Positions 18,479-28,624 are shown, counted from the first letter of the stretch. The stretch is DNA of 64,000 nt from Pseudomonadota bacterium (GCA_043718025.1 JAYSWN010000069.1:1-64000); one strand, 5' to 3'. Notes: generated by a model not told the origin, from the letters alone. Numbers and translations: made by a program.

Positions 18479-19249
18479 ATGGGCGACACTTTTTGGGCCA
18501 TTCGGTGCGTGTACTTTCGCTACCTGGCGGTCTTCCGTAAAAATGTTTTATACAGTTTGATGACCACCATCGTGGAACCCCTGCTCTATGTCCTCTCGTT
18601 CGGCTTTGGTCTAGCCACCATGATTCATGAAGTGGGTGTCGGAGACAAAACCATCGGCTACCGCGCCTTTGTGCTCTCGGGCTTCGTCGGCCAGAGCGTA
18701 CTTTTTCAGGGTTTTTTCGAGGCGGCCTACGGCGGCTTTGTGCGCATGTACTACCAAAAGATTTTTAAAGCCATGGCCACGACGCCGGTGACGATCGAAG
18801 AGGTCTTGTGGGGAGAGTTAACCTGGGACGCCACTAAGGGTACTCTATCCGCCGGCATGGTTTTGCTCATTGGCAGCCTGCTCGGCGATTTTTCTCCGTG
18901 GGGCGCCGTCGTGCTCTTTCCCCTGTGCTACATTTTTTGCTTTATCTTTGCCGGTCTTGGCCTTTGGGTGTCGTCGCTAGCCACCACGATTGATCAACTG
19001 GCGTACCCGCAATACCTTTTTGTTTTTCCCATGTTCCTATTCGGCGGTGTTTACTTCCCCATCGATAAGCTGCCCTCATTCGTAAGCAAAGCGGCGTGGT
19101 TTCTCCCGCTTACGCCTTGCTTAGAGATCACGCGAGGACTGCTCTTTGAGGTTTCCATCGCCTGGTATGCCTGGGTGCTGGTGGCCTTTTGGGCCGTACT
19201 GCTACCTGTCACCTCACACGCGGCGATGAAACGCCGGCTAGTGAAGTAG
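18479..19249 (+). CDS. ABC-2 type permease (NodJ-like)
   Basis: EPLLYVLSFGFGL, FVRMYYQK, PMFLFGGVYFP, about 6 TM helices. Confidence 0.88.
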   Translation: MGDTFWAIRCVYFRYLAVFRKNVLYSLMTTIVEPLLYVLSFGFGLATMIHEVGVGDKTIGYRAFVLSGFVGQSVLFQGFFEAAYGGFVRMYYQKIFKAMATTPVTIEEVLWGELTWDATKGTLSAGMVLLIGSLLGDFSPWGAVVLFPLCYIFCFIFAGLGLWVSSLATTIDQLAYPQYLFVFPMFLFGGVYFPIDKLPSFVSKAAWFLPLTPCLEITRGLLFEVSIAWYAWVLVAFWAVLLPVTSHAAMKRRLVK

Positions 19250-19303
19250 CCCTTTCGGGGCGGCCATCGTCATCAACGCCTTTAACTGATAAACTTTTTT
19301 TCA

Positions 19304-20803
19304 ATGATCGTTGCGAAGGATTTTAAAATCTCACCTGAGTTCATTGCCACGGTGGATGCTCATATTCGCGCGGGAGAATTTGAAAAGGCGCGCCGGGCGT
19401 TGCGAAGTTTGAAGCGGGCCAAAATAGGTTTTACTTTCGTTGAACCGATCGCCGCCCTTTGCCGGCGAGCCGGGCTCGCCGAATTGGCCGTTCACGTCTT
19501 AAACCCCCACTTCTCAAACACTCAAGAGCGGGCAAAAAAACCCAGCGATTCACTGGTCATTGAATACGCATCGAGCCTTTCACAAATTGGGGCCGCCGAA
19601 GAGGCGTTTCTTCTTTTGCAAAAACTTGATGATAAAAATTCGCCCCGCGCGCTTTTCGCCATGGTGACCAGTTTAGTGCCACAGTGGGATTACGAAGGCA
19701 CCATTGCCTACCTAAAGTCTTTCTTGAATATTGAGAAGAAGGACGCCTACATGCGACTGGTGGCCGAAATCAACCTGGCGGCGGCCTACGTAGCGACCGA
19801 ACGGTACGAAGAGGCCGGGCGAGAGTTAAAAGTGATTCACAATGAAGCCGCCCGTACCAAATCAAAATTGATTCAGGCCAATGCCCTGCAGCTATCGGCG
19901 CAGTGCGCAATACTAAATGGCGATTGGCGCGGGGGCGAAGAGGCTTTAAATCAATCGGCCAAGCTATTTGAAAAAACCCACGATACGCGAATTGGCCTGT
20001 TCGTTGAGAAATGGCGCACCTTTCTTTTGCTTCGGCGAAACGGCTACTCAAAAAATGTAGGCCGACAACTTGAAGGGGTGCGAACCAAAGCCCGAAAAGT
20101 CGGCCATTGGGAGACCCTTCGAGAGTGTGATCGCTACCAAGCCGACGCCCAAGATAACCTTGAGCTGGCCACCCACCTCTATTTTGGCACCCGCTGGCCC
20201 AAGTACCGCGATCGCATTAGAAAGCGTTTTTCGCTCCCCACTCACTATGAATGGAAACCCGAGGGAGAATCGGAAAAAGTGTTTGAACTATCGACCGGAA
20301 AATACGATGGCCGCACCACCCACTTGAAGTTGGGCCAACTTCCGCACGCCATATTAAACGCCTTGTGCGGCGATTTTTACCGGCCGCTGCGCCTGGCCAC
20401 ATTTCATCATCTGGTTTTTCCGAACCAGAGCTTCAATCCCGTTCATTCGGCCAATTGCCTGCATCGAGCGCTGTCGCGTTTTCGCGCGTGGACCAAAACA
20501 AACCGACTCCCCTTCGGCGTTGCCTATGAAGAGGGGCTTTACCGGATTGAGCTCAAAAAGCCCGTCGGTTTTCTGTTAAGGGAAGGCGTGCCGCGGGAAC
20601 GCAAAGACTGGCAGTTAACCCAATTGCGCCGGCGCCTTGCGGCGGCTGAGTTTCGGTTAACCCAAGTGACCACCTTGCTGACGGTCTCGGCGTCAAACGC
20701 ACGCCGACTTATGCAAAATGCGGTGAGTATAGGAGTGATAGAAAAAATTGGCGGCGGTCGCGGGTCACGCTATCGCTTCGTTAGAGATCCCGATATTTCC
20801 TAA
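19304..20803 (+). CDS. TPR-repeat protein with C-terminal winged-helix domain(s), putative regulator
   Basis: Helical TPR-like repeats in the N-terminal half; C-terminal SASNARRLM..IEKIGGGRGSRY wHTH wing. Confidence 0.65.
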   Translation: MIVAKDFKISPEFIATVDAHIRAGEFEKARRALRSLKRAKIGFTFVEPIAALCRRAGLAELAVHVLNPHFSNTQERAKKPSDSLVIEYASSLSQIGAAEEAFLLLQKLDDKNSPRALFAMVTSLVPQWDYEGTIAYLKSFLNIEKKDAYMRLVAEINLAAAYVATERYEEAGRELKVIHNEAARTKSKLIQANALQLSAQCAILNGDWRGGEEALNQSAKLFEKTHDTRIGLFVEKWRTFLLLRRNGYSKNVGRQLEGVRTKARKVGHWETLRECDRYQADAQDNLELATHLYFGTRWPKYRDRIRKRFSLPTHYEWKPEGESEKVFELSTGKYDGRTTHLKLGQLPHAILNALCGDFYRPLRLATFHHLVFPNQSFNPVHSANCLHRALSRFRAWTKTNRLPFGVAYEEGLYRIELKKPVGFLLREGVPRERKDWQLTQLRRRLAAAEFRLTQVTTLLTVSASNARRLMQNAVSIGVIEKIGGGRGSRYRFVRDPDIS

Positions 20804-21515
20804 GTAGCGGTGCTTGCTCGTAATGGTAAGTGGCGGGACCAACGATATCGCCGGTCAATACACAGGGCGCGCCTTCGGTTTGGGACATATTTACGTATAT
20901 CGTCTCTCCCCCGGCAAAAGTGGTTTGGTGGTGGCGAATGCCGTACTCAATAAAGAGACTAGAGAGTTGAAACGGGATCTCAACCACTTCGCCCGTGGGC
21001 AGAGTTAGGCTAAATCCCATGTAGTAAAGCGGAGCCGCGCTGGAACTCGGCACATATTCTTCGAGCACGATTAGGTTGGTAATTGGATTTGAATTTCCGG
21101 CCGTGGCCGTTCCAAAACAGGCTTCTACGATGACCTGCGTGTTCGGTGTTCCTTCACCGGCCACAAAGACTTCATTGCGACTTTTGAACGCTAGAGCTTT
21201 ATAAGCACCTACCGTAAAGGAGAGAAATTCGTTGAGCGGAACGGCAACCTTAAAATCAACGGAGCCGTCGCGTTTGTAATAGACGGCCTCGGTCGGAGAC
21301 CCCGCCGGTTTATCGAGCAGCTTAAAGATTTCGCCGCGAACCGATTTCAAATAATTGTGGTCATACAGAGTCGCGATTTTCACGCTGCCAACGCCTAAAA
21401 TGGCGTCGCCGTTTCCGCCACCCAATGATCTGCCCTTCGAAAGCACCTGCGTGCACGCGGGCAAGGCCAACAGCAGCGTGAGGCCAATCAAGATCAAATG
21501 AGAGATAAGTTTCAT
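20781..21515 (-). CDS. hypothetical lipoprotein
   Basis: Lipobox LPAC after a hydrophobic stretch. Confidence 0.65.
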   Translation of the reverse strand: MKLISHLILIGLTLLLALPACTQVLSKGRSLGGGNGDAILGVGSVKIATLYDHNYLKSVRGEIFKLLDKPAGSPTEAVYYKRDGSVDFKVAVPLNEFLSFTVGAYKALAFKSRNEVFVAGEGTPNTQVIVEACFGTATAGNSNPITNLIVLEEYVPSSSAAPLYYMGFSLTLPTGEVVEIPFQLSSLFIEYGIRHHQTTFAGGETIYVNMSQTEGAPCVLTGDIVGPATYHYEQAPLLRKYRDL

Positions 21516-21590
21516 ATCTTTGTAAGTGGGAACCGCGAGCGGAAAGGGCGTATCTATAGTTTAGCTAAACGAAAGTGTTCACTCTAGGGA

Positions 21591-21605
21591 GCATTTTTCG
21601 GGCCA
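21591..21605 (-). promoter_or_regulatory. candidate sigma54 promoter
   Basis: Minus strand TGGCCCGAAAAATGC (GG-N10-GC), upstream of 21515. Confidence 0.45.
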
Positions 21606-21641
21606 CCACAATTCCGGATAGACAAAATTGGTGAGGGGCCT

Positions 21642-21688
21642 AAAAAAAGGGTCGGCCGCTGGCCCCTTGGAAAAGCCTGCGACCGACC
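21642..21688 (-). terminator. intrinsic terminator-like hairpin
   Basis: Minus strand GGTCGGTCGCAGGC...GCCAGCGGCCGACC followed by CTTTTTTT. Confidence 0.6.
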
Positions 21689-21831
21689 GGTTTATTTCGA
21701 CGCCTTAATCATCTTTCACCAAAAGAGGGATTAAACCCACATACTTTTTTGGCTCATTTACCGGGACTAACCTACGGCGTAACGATGCAGAAAAGCTGGT
21801 CTGTTCCCGGGGCAAATAATTAGGAGAGTCT

Positions 21832-22281
21832 TTAGGGCTGCGCGTTGATCGATTTGGCCTGTGGCAAACAGGCTTGGTACGACGATAAGTAAACGGTCGA
21901 TATAGTTTTCATCTCCCCTTTTTCATTGATCGTATTTTTACTCAAATAGCCGTTGTTGTCGCACAGAGCATAAAGCATCAAGCCATAAGCCTTCGACTTG
22001 GTCTGACGCAGCCGATTTGCCTGCTCTTCGCACTGGGCAGGAGTGCTCAAGTATTTACTGTCTGCTTTTGATTCGCCGGTTGAGGTCAGCGTTTCTATTT
22101 TGAGATAACCGTTGTTATCGCAAAGGTAGGTAACGATTACCGGCGCAACCCCGCCGCCGCCGCCATTTTCAAGGCGACTCGATAGTTCTTGCAAGATTTG
22201 ATGATTAGACGCCGCAGAAAGTTCAATCGCCGAAGCGTTTAGACTCAAGGCCAAAACAAGAAATGAAAATACGATCTTCAT
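21832..22281 (-). CDS. secreted protein with two tandem Cys-containing repeats
   Basis: Signal peptide (ASA|IE); LCDNNGYL occurs twice; start re-picked at ATG 22281. Confidence 0.75.
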   Translation of the reverse strand: MKIVFSFLVLALSLNASAIELSAASNHQILQELSSRLENGGGGGVAPVIVTYLCDNNGYLKIETLTSTGESKADSKYLSTPAQCEEQANRLRQTKSKAYGLMLYALCDNNGYLSKNTINEKGEMKTISTVYLSSYQACLPQAKSINAQP

Positions 22282-22352
22282 GATATCCCCCAAATAACCC
22301 ACCGAGCCCAACCATCCAGGCCCAGCCTAACCCTTAACAAAGGGAGGCTGAC

Positions 22353-23405
22353 TCACAAAGTCGAATTATGCAGCAAGGGGGTCATCATCTTAACAACCGT
22401 TTCCGCCCACACCGCCGAGCCGTTGAGCGAGGGGACCAAGAACAGATCTTCACCGCCGTGCTCACGAAACTCTTCAAGCCCGCGAATTGAAATCTCTTCG
22501 AGCGTTTCTAAACAATCCGCAACGAACGAAGGGCTTAGCACGGCAAGCCGCTTCACCCCTTGGGCGGGAAGCTGACGGTAAAACTCGTCGGAGTGCGGCC
22601 TAATCCAAGGCGTTCGCCCCAATCGCGACTGAAAGCCCACCAGGTATTGCTCTTTAGTTAACCCTAGTTTAGTTGCCAGCGATCGCGCAGTGGCGTAGCT
22701 CTGCGCTCGGTAACAATTTGCGTTGGCGGCCACGACGGCATCGCAGCAGTTTTCGTATTGAAGGCAATGTTTTCCGGTAGCGTCGGTCTTACGCACTTGC
22801 CGCTCGGGTAGCCCGTGAAAACTGAACAGCACTTTGTCCCATGGTTTTCTAAGGTGCGGCGCCGATACCTGCGCCACCGCATCGAGGTAAAGATCATGAT
22901 TGTAGAAGGCCGGAAAAAAAGTGACCGTTCCGGCAAACTTCCGCTGCCGCACCACTTGATTCACTTTATCAATCGCAGTTTGTGTAGCGGCCAGTGAGAA
23001 CTGGGGATAGAGCGGCAACACTTTGATCGACTTCACTCCGTGCGCCATCAAGGTGGCAATGGCGTGATCGAGGCTGGGGTTGCCATACCTCATCCCCAGC
23101 TCCACCACCACCGAGTCACCAAATGTCGCGGCGCAAATTTGCCGCACTTTCTTGGTATGCTCGCGCGAAAAAACCAAGAGCGGAGATCCTTCCGGGGTCC
23201 ATACTTTTTTATAGAGTTTCGCCGAGGCGTGTTGGCGACGGGGGACGATAAGCACGTTGACCAGCAGCCAGCGCAATGGGGCGGCAATGTCGATTACGTA
23301 AGGGTCGCTAAGAAATTCTTTGAGATAGCGGCCAACGTCATCGGGTTCGGGAGAGGCGGGCGTGCCCAGGTTCACCAGTAAGAGTCCAACTTTATCAACT
23401 GACAT
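22353..23405 (-). CDS. hemH: ferrochelatase
   Basis: LLVNLGTP, GSPL, GMRYGNP, PLYPQFS, FSFHGLP, FQSRLG, FVADCLETLEEI. Confidence 0.95.
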   Translation of the reverse strand: MSVDKVGLLLVNLGTPASPEPDDVGRYLKEFLSDPYVIDIAAPLRWLLVNVLIVPRRQHASAKLYKKVWTPEGSPLLVFSREHTKKVRQICAATFGDSVVVELGMRYGNPSLDHAIATLMAHGVKSIKVLPLYPQFSLAATQTAIDKVNQVVRQRKFAGTVTFFPAFYNHDLYLDAVAQVSAPHLRKPWDKVLFSFHGLPERQVRKTDATGKHCLQYENCCDAVVAANANCYRAQSYATARSLATKLGLTKEQYLVGFQSRLGRTPWIRPHSDEFYRQLPAQGVKRLAVLSPSFVADCLETLEEISIRGLEEFREHGGEDLFLVPSLNGSAVWAETVVKMMTPLLHNSTL

Positions 23406-23432
23406 GCTGCGGTGTTACCCGAAATTCTTGGC

Positions 23433-24515
23433 CTAGTCAGCATGAAGACAGCGCAGACCATCGGTCGCGCATCTAACCGCCGCGGCGGCATCCACTTGCC
23501 CACCGGATATGGTTTTGCCTTCAAGCTCCGGCAACAATTTTACGGTGCGGCTGATGACCTCTACGACTTGAGCGGCGGTAAGACCCGGATTGGCCGAACG
23601 AACCAAGCCCGCCAGGCCCGATACGATTGCGGCGGCGTCCGACGTGCCGCTGCCGCTGTCGTAACCATCTTTTCCAGCTTTCCAGATACTGACGACGTCT
23701 TCAGCAGGAGCCGCCACGTGCACCGATTTTTTTCCCCAGTTTGAATGCTTCCACAGGTAATGCTCAGCGTTGACGGCGGCTACGGTAATTAGGTTCGGCA
23801 ACTTAAACTTGGCGGGGTAAATATTCTGCTTATCGAGATCTGTCCCATCGTTGCTGGCCGCCGCCACCACTACAATGTCGGCCTCACCGGCGGCTTCAAG
23901 CACTTTAAACAACTTTTTATCGTACCCTTCGCCCGAAAAAGAAACATTGATAATCTTGGCCTTCATCAAAATCGAATACTGAATCGCCCTAATGGCATCG
24001 TCGTCGTCGCCAAAACCATCCCGGTTGATGAATTTTGCCGCCATTACTGAGCAGCGCGGACAGACTCCGGCCGATCCCACGCCATTACCCTCTACCGCCA
24101 CCGCAAGCCCAGCCAAAAAGGTGCCGTGGCCACCACCGTCCCACGGCAAATAGTGGTTACGGGTAAAATCGAAGCCGATTACGTCGTCTTTAAAGCCATT
24201 CTGGTCTTTATCCGTGCCATCGCAAGGCCACTCCGCCTTATTCCAGGCCAAATTAGGGGCCAAATCGGGATGTAAATAATTGATGCCACTGTCGACGAAA
24301 GAGATCACCACGTCGCGGCTACCCTTGGTCGTCTTCCAGGCTTCAAACGTATTCATTTCGGTAAGGTGCCAAGCTTTGGCAAGAAGCGGATCGCCTTTTC
24401 CGGAGGCCGGTTCGATGGGAAGTTCAAGGGCTGGCTCGCCGCCGGCCAATAGCGGCGTTGGGATCGTAAAGATAGAAAATAGGCAGACAAAAAGAAGCGT
24501 TAGTTTATTGCCCAC
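23433..24515 (-). CDS. secreted S8 subtilisin-like serine peptidase
   Basis: Signal peptide; catalytic triad VDSG, GHGT, SGTSDAA; AASN oxyanion residue. Confidence 0.9.
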   Translation of the reverse strand: MGNKLTLLFVCLFSIFTIPTPLLAGGEPALELPIEPASGKGDPLLAKAWHLTEMNTFEAWKTTKGSRDVVISFVDSGINYLHPDLAPNLAWNKAEWPCDGTDKDQNGFKDDVIGFDFTRNHYLPWDGGGHGTFLAGLAVAVEGNGVGSAGVCPRCSVMAAKFINRDGFGDDDDAIRAIQYSILMKAKIINVSFSGEGYDKKLFKVLEAAGEADIVVVAAASNDGTDLDKQNIYPAKFKLPNLITVAAVNAEHYLWKHSNWGKKSVHVAAPAEDVVSIWKAGKDGYDSGSGTSDAAAIVSGLAGLVRSANPGLTAAQVVEVISRTVKLLPELEGKTISGGQVDAAAAVRCATDGLRCLHAD

Positions 24516-24574
24516 ATTCCCCCGATGCAGTTTATTTCTGAATAGTTAAATTTTTGAGAATTTTTAGGATTCGG

Positions 24575-25522
24575 TCAAGGACGATTTCGGCGGATCCACC
24601 CTTTTTTGGCGAACCAGAAGAAGATGGTCGAAGCGGTGCTGAGCATCACGACCCAAACCAGGGGGTAGCCGTACTTCCATTTCAACTCCGGCATGTGCTC
24701 GAAATTCATGCCATAAACCCCAACGATAAAATTCAGAGGAAGGAAAAACACGGAGAATACCGTGAGAACTTTTACAACCTCGTTGGTGCGGTTGGAGGCT
24801 TCGGTCATCTTATGGGTCGATAGCGATAGCTGAATATTGAGTAGGGCATTGAGATCGTCCAGCAAACTATCGGCGAAAAATAGCAAGCCATCGATGCGCT
24901 CGATCAAGTCTTGACGCAGCGGTAGGTTGGCTTGTGATTGCGGAACAAACTTTTTGGCGGTGTCGACTGAATGCCACAAAATCCGTTTTATGATCGAAAG
25001 GCGGCATTTGGTGCGAAACACCTCTTCCCAACTTGCCATGGTCTCCTGATTTTTCAAGATGGCCGTCTCTAGTTGGTGAATTTTTTCTTCCATTTGTTCC
25101 AAAGGATCGTGATAAGTGCTGACCGCCGCCATTAAGATTTCGAGCAGGGCCACTTGCAGGTAGATAGTCTCCCCATTTTTCTGTGCATAAAGCGCACGCA
25201 CGGGGGTTAAAAACTTAGGATCGGTGCGGTGCACCGTAATCAAAAACCGGTGACCCAAAAACACGGCCAATTTACGCGTCATCGTTTGCACCGAATCGTG
25301 CTCTTCTGTGCAACGCTCGTCGTAATGGCGAAGAATAAGAAAGGTGAGATCGCCATAGGTCTCGTGTTTGGGCAGGTGCTGCGGCTCCATGCAGTCCTTC
25401 ACCAACTCGGGATGCAAGTGATACTGAACCGCCAGCTCTTTTAGCTCCTTCTTCGAAGGATCTACCACGTCCAGCCAAACCGGTACCGGCGGGTTACCTT
25501 CGCTCACAATCGCATTGATCAA
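24575..25522 (-). CDS. corA: CorA-family Mg2+/Co2+ transporter
   Basis: WLDV..P, TNEVVKVLT, YGMNFEHMPELKWKYGY. Confidence 0.92.
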   Translation of the reverse strand: MINAIVSEGNPPVPVWLDVVDPSKKELKELAVQYHLHPELVKDCMEPQHLPKHETYGDLTFLILRHYDERCTEEHDSVQTMTRKLAVFLGHRFLITVHRTDPKFLTPVRALYAQKNGETIYLQVALLEILMAAVSTYHDPLEQMEEKIHQLETAILKNQETMASWEEVFRTKCRLSIIKRILWHSVDTAKKFVPQSQANLPLRQDLIERIDGLLFFADSLLDDLNALLNIQLSLSTHKMTEASNRTNEVVKVLTVFSVFFLPLNFIVGVYGMNFEHMPELKWKYGYPLVWVVMLSTASTIFFWFAKKGWIRRNRP

Positions 25523-25578
25523 AAAACCCTCCTTTACGCAAAGCAGGCCACCCTACCCCGCGGAATGAGACTAGACGA

Positions 25579-28410
25579 TCACTTTTCGGCCGGTAAAAAT
25601 CGCCGGAATTTTTCAAGCGGCGGTCGCGGGGCTGGTTGCACCTCCTGCATCCGAATGGCTTCGAGCACCAGCATACGAAATTCTTTGGGATCCAGCCCCA
25701 GCTCTTTAAAGTGCTCAATCGCATCAACCGCAAATTGAGTGCCGTTTACCGATCCGTCTTCATTCTTCCACGCGGCCACCTGAGCGGCCGTGAAATGGGC
25801 TTTCAACTTTACGGTGCCCGGGGCATTGAGCGCTTGATTGAGCAACGCCCTAACGTATTTCACCTGCAACGCTGCCATATACTCGTCAGTGGGCGCATCG
25901 AACAGCCTGAACTCCAGCCGGTCTTTGCCCTTGCCGCCAAACGCGGGAAACCATTTCACCGCTGGATCTTTGATGTCGATGGTCTTCTGGTACGCCTTAG
26001 GAATTGCCCCCGACATCAATGCTGTGGCGTTGAGCTGCGCGTATCCCGGCTTACGGGTGATGTAGGGATTAAAGTACCGCTGCTCGTAGAGCAGGGTACC
26101 AAGCTCATTCCACTCACCGCTAAACGAATTTAGCCCGGCAACGAGTTCGGGCGTCTGCTCAACGGCAAGAGCGGCGCGCACCCGAAACGGGTGCTGCCAT
26201 AAAAACTGAATCATGTCGCGGTTTGACTCAAAGTACGCAATCAAGTTCGCCGCTTTTCGCGCCCCTTGCCGTGGCCCCAGGGCCACTAGCGGCGCTAGAT
26301 CAATATTCACATGCGCGCCACCGGCCCCGCGCCTAGGCACTTGCCCCAGTTCGCGCATCGCCAAATACAAGGCCCTCACCTCTTCCGGATCGGCCGGAGA
26401 TTTTTTGGGCGACGGCACTTCGATGTGGCCAGATCGCGACCGCTTAACCCCGTCGTCGGTGTAAGAGCGATTAATGCCGTCCCATTCGATGCGCCAAATC
26501 TCGCCATTGGCCCGCGTGTACCGGTAACGAATTCCCAAATTATGGCCATGCCCCGTAGAGTCTAGCTCTTCGAGCAAGCCGGGTGCGGTGCCGATGGGAT
26601 CTATCGCTTCGAAATATTTTTTAACCATCTCGGCGGTGCTTTTCAGCCGCTCGTTGGCGCGATCGCGCGATAACGGCCGGTCCGGAAAACGGAAACTATA
26701 TTCAATTCCCAAATCAATGAGATTAGGATTGATCTTGCCGTCGTACGGCACGGTGATGGTGGGTAGGGTTCCCGTGGGCCGCGGAATAAGATAGCGCTCG
26801 AAATCTTCTTCGAGTGAAACACGGCGGGCAAATTGGTATTGAAACTGTTCGAGCTTGCCCACCATTTCAGATCGGAGTTCGCCCAAGGCAACGTTGTGTT
26901 CAACTTTTTCGTATTTTCGCAAATATTCCTTCGCCACTTCAAAAAGCTGAATGGCGTAGCGTTCTTGCGCCGCCCGTAAAATATCTACTTTCGCAAATGA
27001 GGGAATTCTTAGATCCCACCGAAACAGCGGCGCCAAAAGCTTGTTTCGCATGTGGTTATGGGCTAAGCCGTGCGCCGACCACCTGAGCTGCGGAAGCTTC
27101 TGTTCGAACTCTTCCACCACCGCCAGCTGCTTCTCGCTGAGAAAACGGAGTGCGTGTTCGCGTATAGATCGCGATGGATCAAACTCATCGCGGTGCTGGT
27201 GGTAACTTTGCACCCCATTGTAGTCGCCACTCCACAGCCGGGCCTCAATTAAGTCTTCGACGAATTCACGTTTGATCCCTTTGTTTCCCGATCGCATCTC
27301 CCAATCGACCACCTGGCCACCCTCAGTCTGCCCAGGCAAAGAGGGATCCATGGAAAAATTTCGGGCTCCGACCATGCGAAATTTATTATTAAACTTTTTA
27401 GGGTCGTCTTCGTTCATGGCGGCTTCAAGGCGGTTTAACGCCGCGTTGGAATAAACCCCCAAATAGCGGTGGCCCAAAATAGAATCGGCCTCGTTGGGGC
27501 TACGGCGGGCTTGGCGCCAATAGAGCATCCACGATAGCGAATCGATGAGCTCAATGTATTGGGGCGCAATACGCGCGCGCTCAACTGCCGAGGTGGGCCA
27601 GGCGTGCACAAAGTGCTGATGGCCGATCAACCCTTCCAGGTAGGCTTCAAACAGAACGCGTTGTTCAAAGTACTGGGTGCGATCGGCTTCACCTCGCGCC
27701 GATCTCAGCTCGTACGAGCCATTCACGTCGTCGCCCACTTCAACAAAGGCAGGAGCTTCTTGCGACGGTTTCAGCCAAGAGAAATAGAGCAGCCGAAGGG
27801 CAAACAGCTCGTCGCGACCCGCTGGGTTGATAACGTCAAAAGGATTTTCACGACTGGACAAATAATCAACCTGCTCTTCGGGAGTCAGCTTCACCCACTC
27901 GCTGGGCTTTAGGCTGACGGCCGGAATGCGGTAGCGCGTAGGATAATCAGACAACCAGCGCAGCAGCGCGCGGTGCGCGGCCTCACCATATTTTGAGGCA
28001 ATTTCTCCAGCCGGGAAAATGTCTTTCAAAACGTTAGTGAGGGCGTTTCTAAATTCCACTGGATCGATGCGGTCGAACCAGGTGGCGATGTCGCTGTAAA
28101 ACAGGCCCTCTTTTTCCATCGCGTGGGCAATGGGAACCGTCGACCCCTTCATCGAAATGTAGAGGGGCCTGTTGGTGCCGCGGGCCCCGGGAACTTGTAG
28201 TTTGTACCAACGTAAATCTACCAGCGCTTGGTGACACGATGCTGGCGGCGCCGTGAGTTTGACGGCCGTGTCTTTGGCCAGGGCAGACGGTAAAAAAACC
28301 GGCGTCGACAGCAGTGAGAGGACTAAAAACGAAGTGAAGAAACTATGACCCCAAAACTCAACGCGCGCGCGAGCACGCGTAGTCCAGCCCATCCCCAAGT
28401 TCACACCCAC
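25579..28410 (-). CDS. large secreted protein with an amidoligase (glutamate-cysteine ligase fold)-like domain, possibly duplicated
   Basis: 943-aa ORF; signal-like N-terminus (SALA|KD); C-terminal half has LGIEYS, IEVPSP, GAHVNID, YAQLN and LEFRLFD in the order of the amidoligase motifs. Confidence 0.6.
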   Translation of the reverse strand: MGVNLGMGWTTRARARVEFWGHSFFTSFLVLSLLSTPVFLPSALAKDTAVKLTAPPASCHQALVDLRWYKLQVPGARGTNRPLYISMKGSTVPIAHAMEKEGLFYSDIATWFDRIDPVEFRNALTNVLKDIFPAGEIASKYGEAAHRALLRWLSDYPTRYRIPAVSLKPSEWVKLTPEEQVDYLSSRENPFDVINPAGRDELFALRLLYFSWLKPSQEAPAFVEVGDDVNGSYELRSARGEADRTQYFEQRVLFEAYLEGLIGHQHFVHAWPTSAVERARIAPQYIELIDSLSWMLYWRQARRSPNEADSILGHRYLGVYSNAALNRLEAAMNEDDPKKFNNKFRMVGARNFSMDPSLPGQTEGGQVVDWEMRSGNKGIKREFVEDLIEARLWSGDYNGVQSYHQHRDEFDPSRSIREHALRFLSEKQLAVVEEFEQKLPQLRWSAHGLAHNHMRNKLLAPLFRWDLRIPSFAKVDILRAAQERYAIQLFEVAKEYLRKYEKVEHNVALGELRSEMVGKLEQFQYQFARRVSLEEDFERYLIPRPTGTLPTITVPYDGKINPNLIDLGIEYSFRFPDRPLSRDRANERLKSTAEMVKKYFEAIDPIGTAPGLLEELDSTGHGHNLGIRYRYTRANGEIWRIEWDGINRSYTDDGVKRSRSGHIEVPSPKKSPADPEEVRALYLAMRELGQVPRRGAGGAHVNIDLAPLVALGPRQGARKAANLIAYFESNRDMIQFLWQHPFRVRAALAVEQTPELVAGLNSFSGEWNELGTLLYEQRYFNPYITRKPGYAQLNATALMSGAIPKAYQKTIDIKDPAVKWFPAFGGKGKDRLEFRLFDAPTDEYMAALQVKYVRALLNQALNAPGTVKLKAHFTAAQVAAWKNEDGSVNGTQFAVDAIEHFKELGLDPKEFRMLVLEAIRMQEVQPAPRPPLEKFRRFLPAEK

Positions 28411-28624
28411 CCCACTTTAAACCACGCAAAAACGACCCATCGCGTTTGCGTTTTCCCCTGTGCTTTCCGGGATAACGTGGGGCGGTAGGGCGCGACAATG
28501 CGCGTTAGCAAGATGCGTTAGCAAAAGGCGTCAACGAAACTGACAACCACTAAAAAATATACGATATTTTTAATCCGGTATATTTTTTTAATTAATAAAT
28601 TCGAACACTTAAATTGAATACCGG

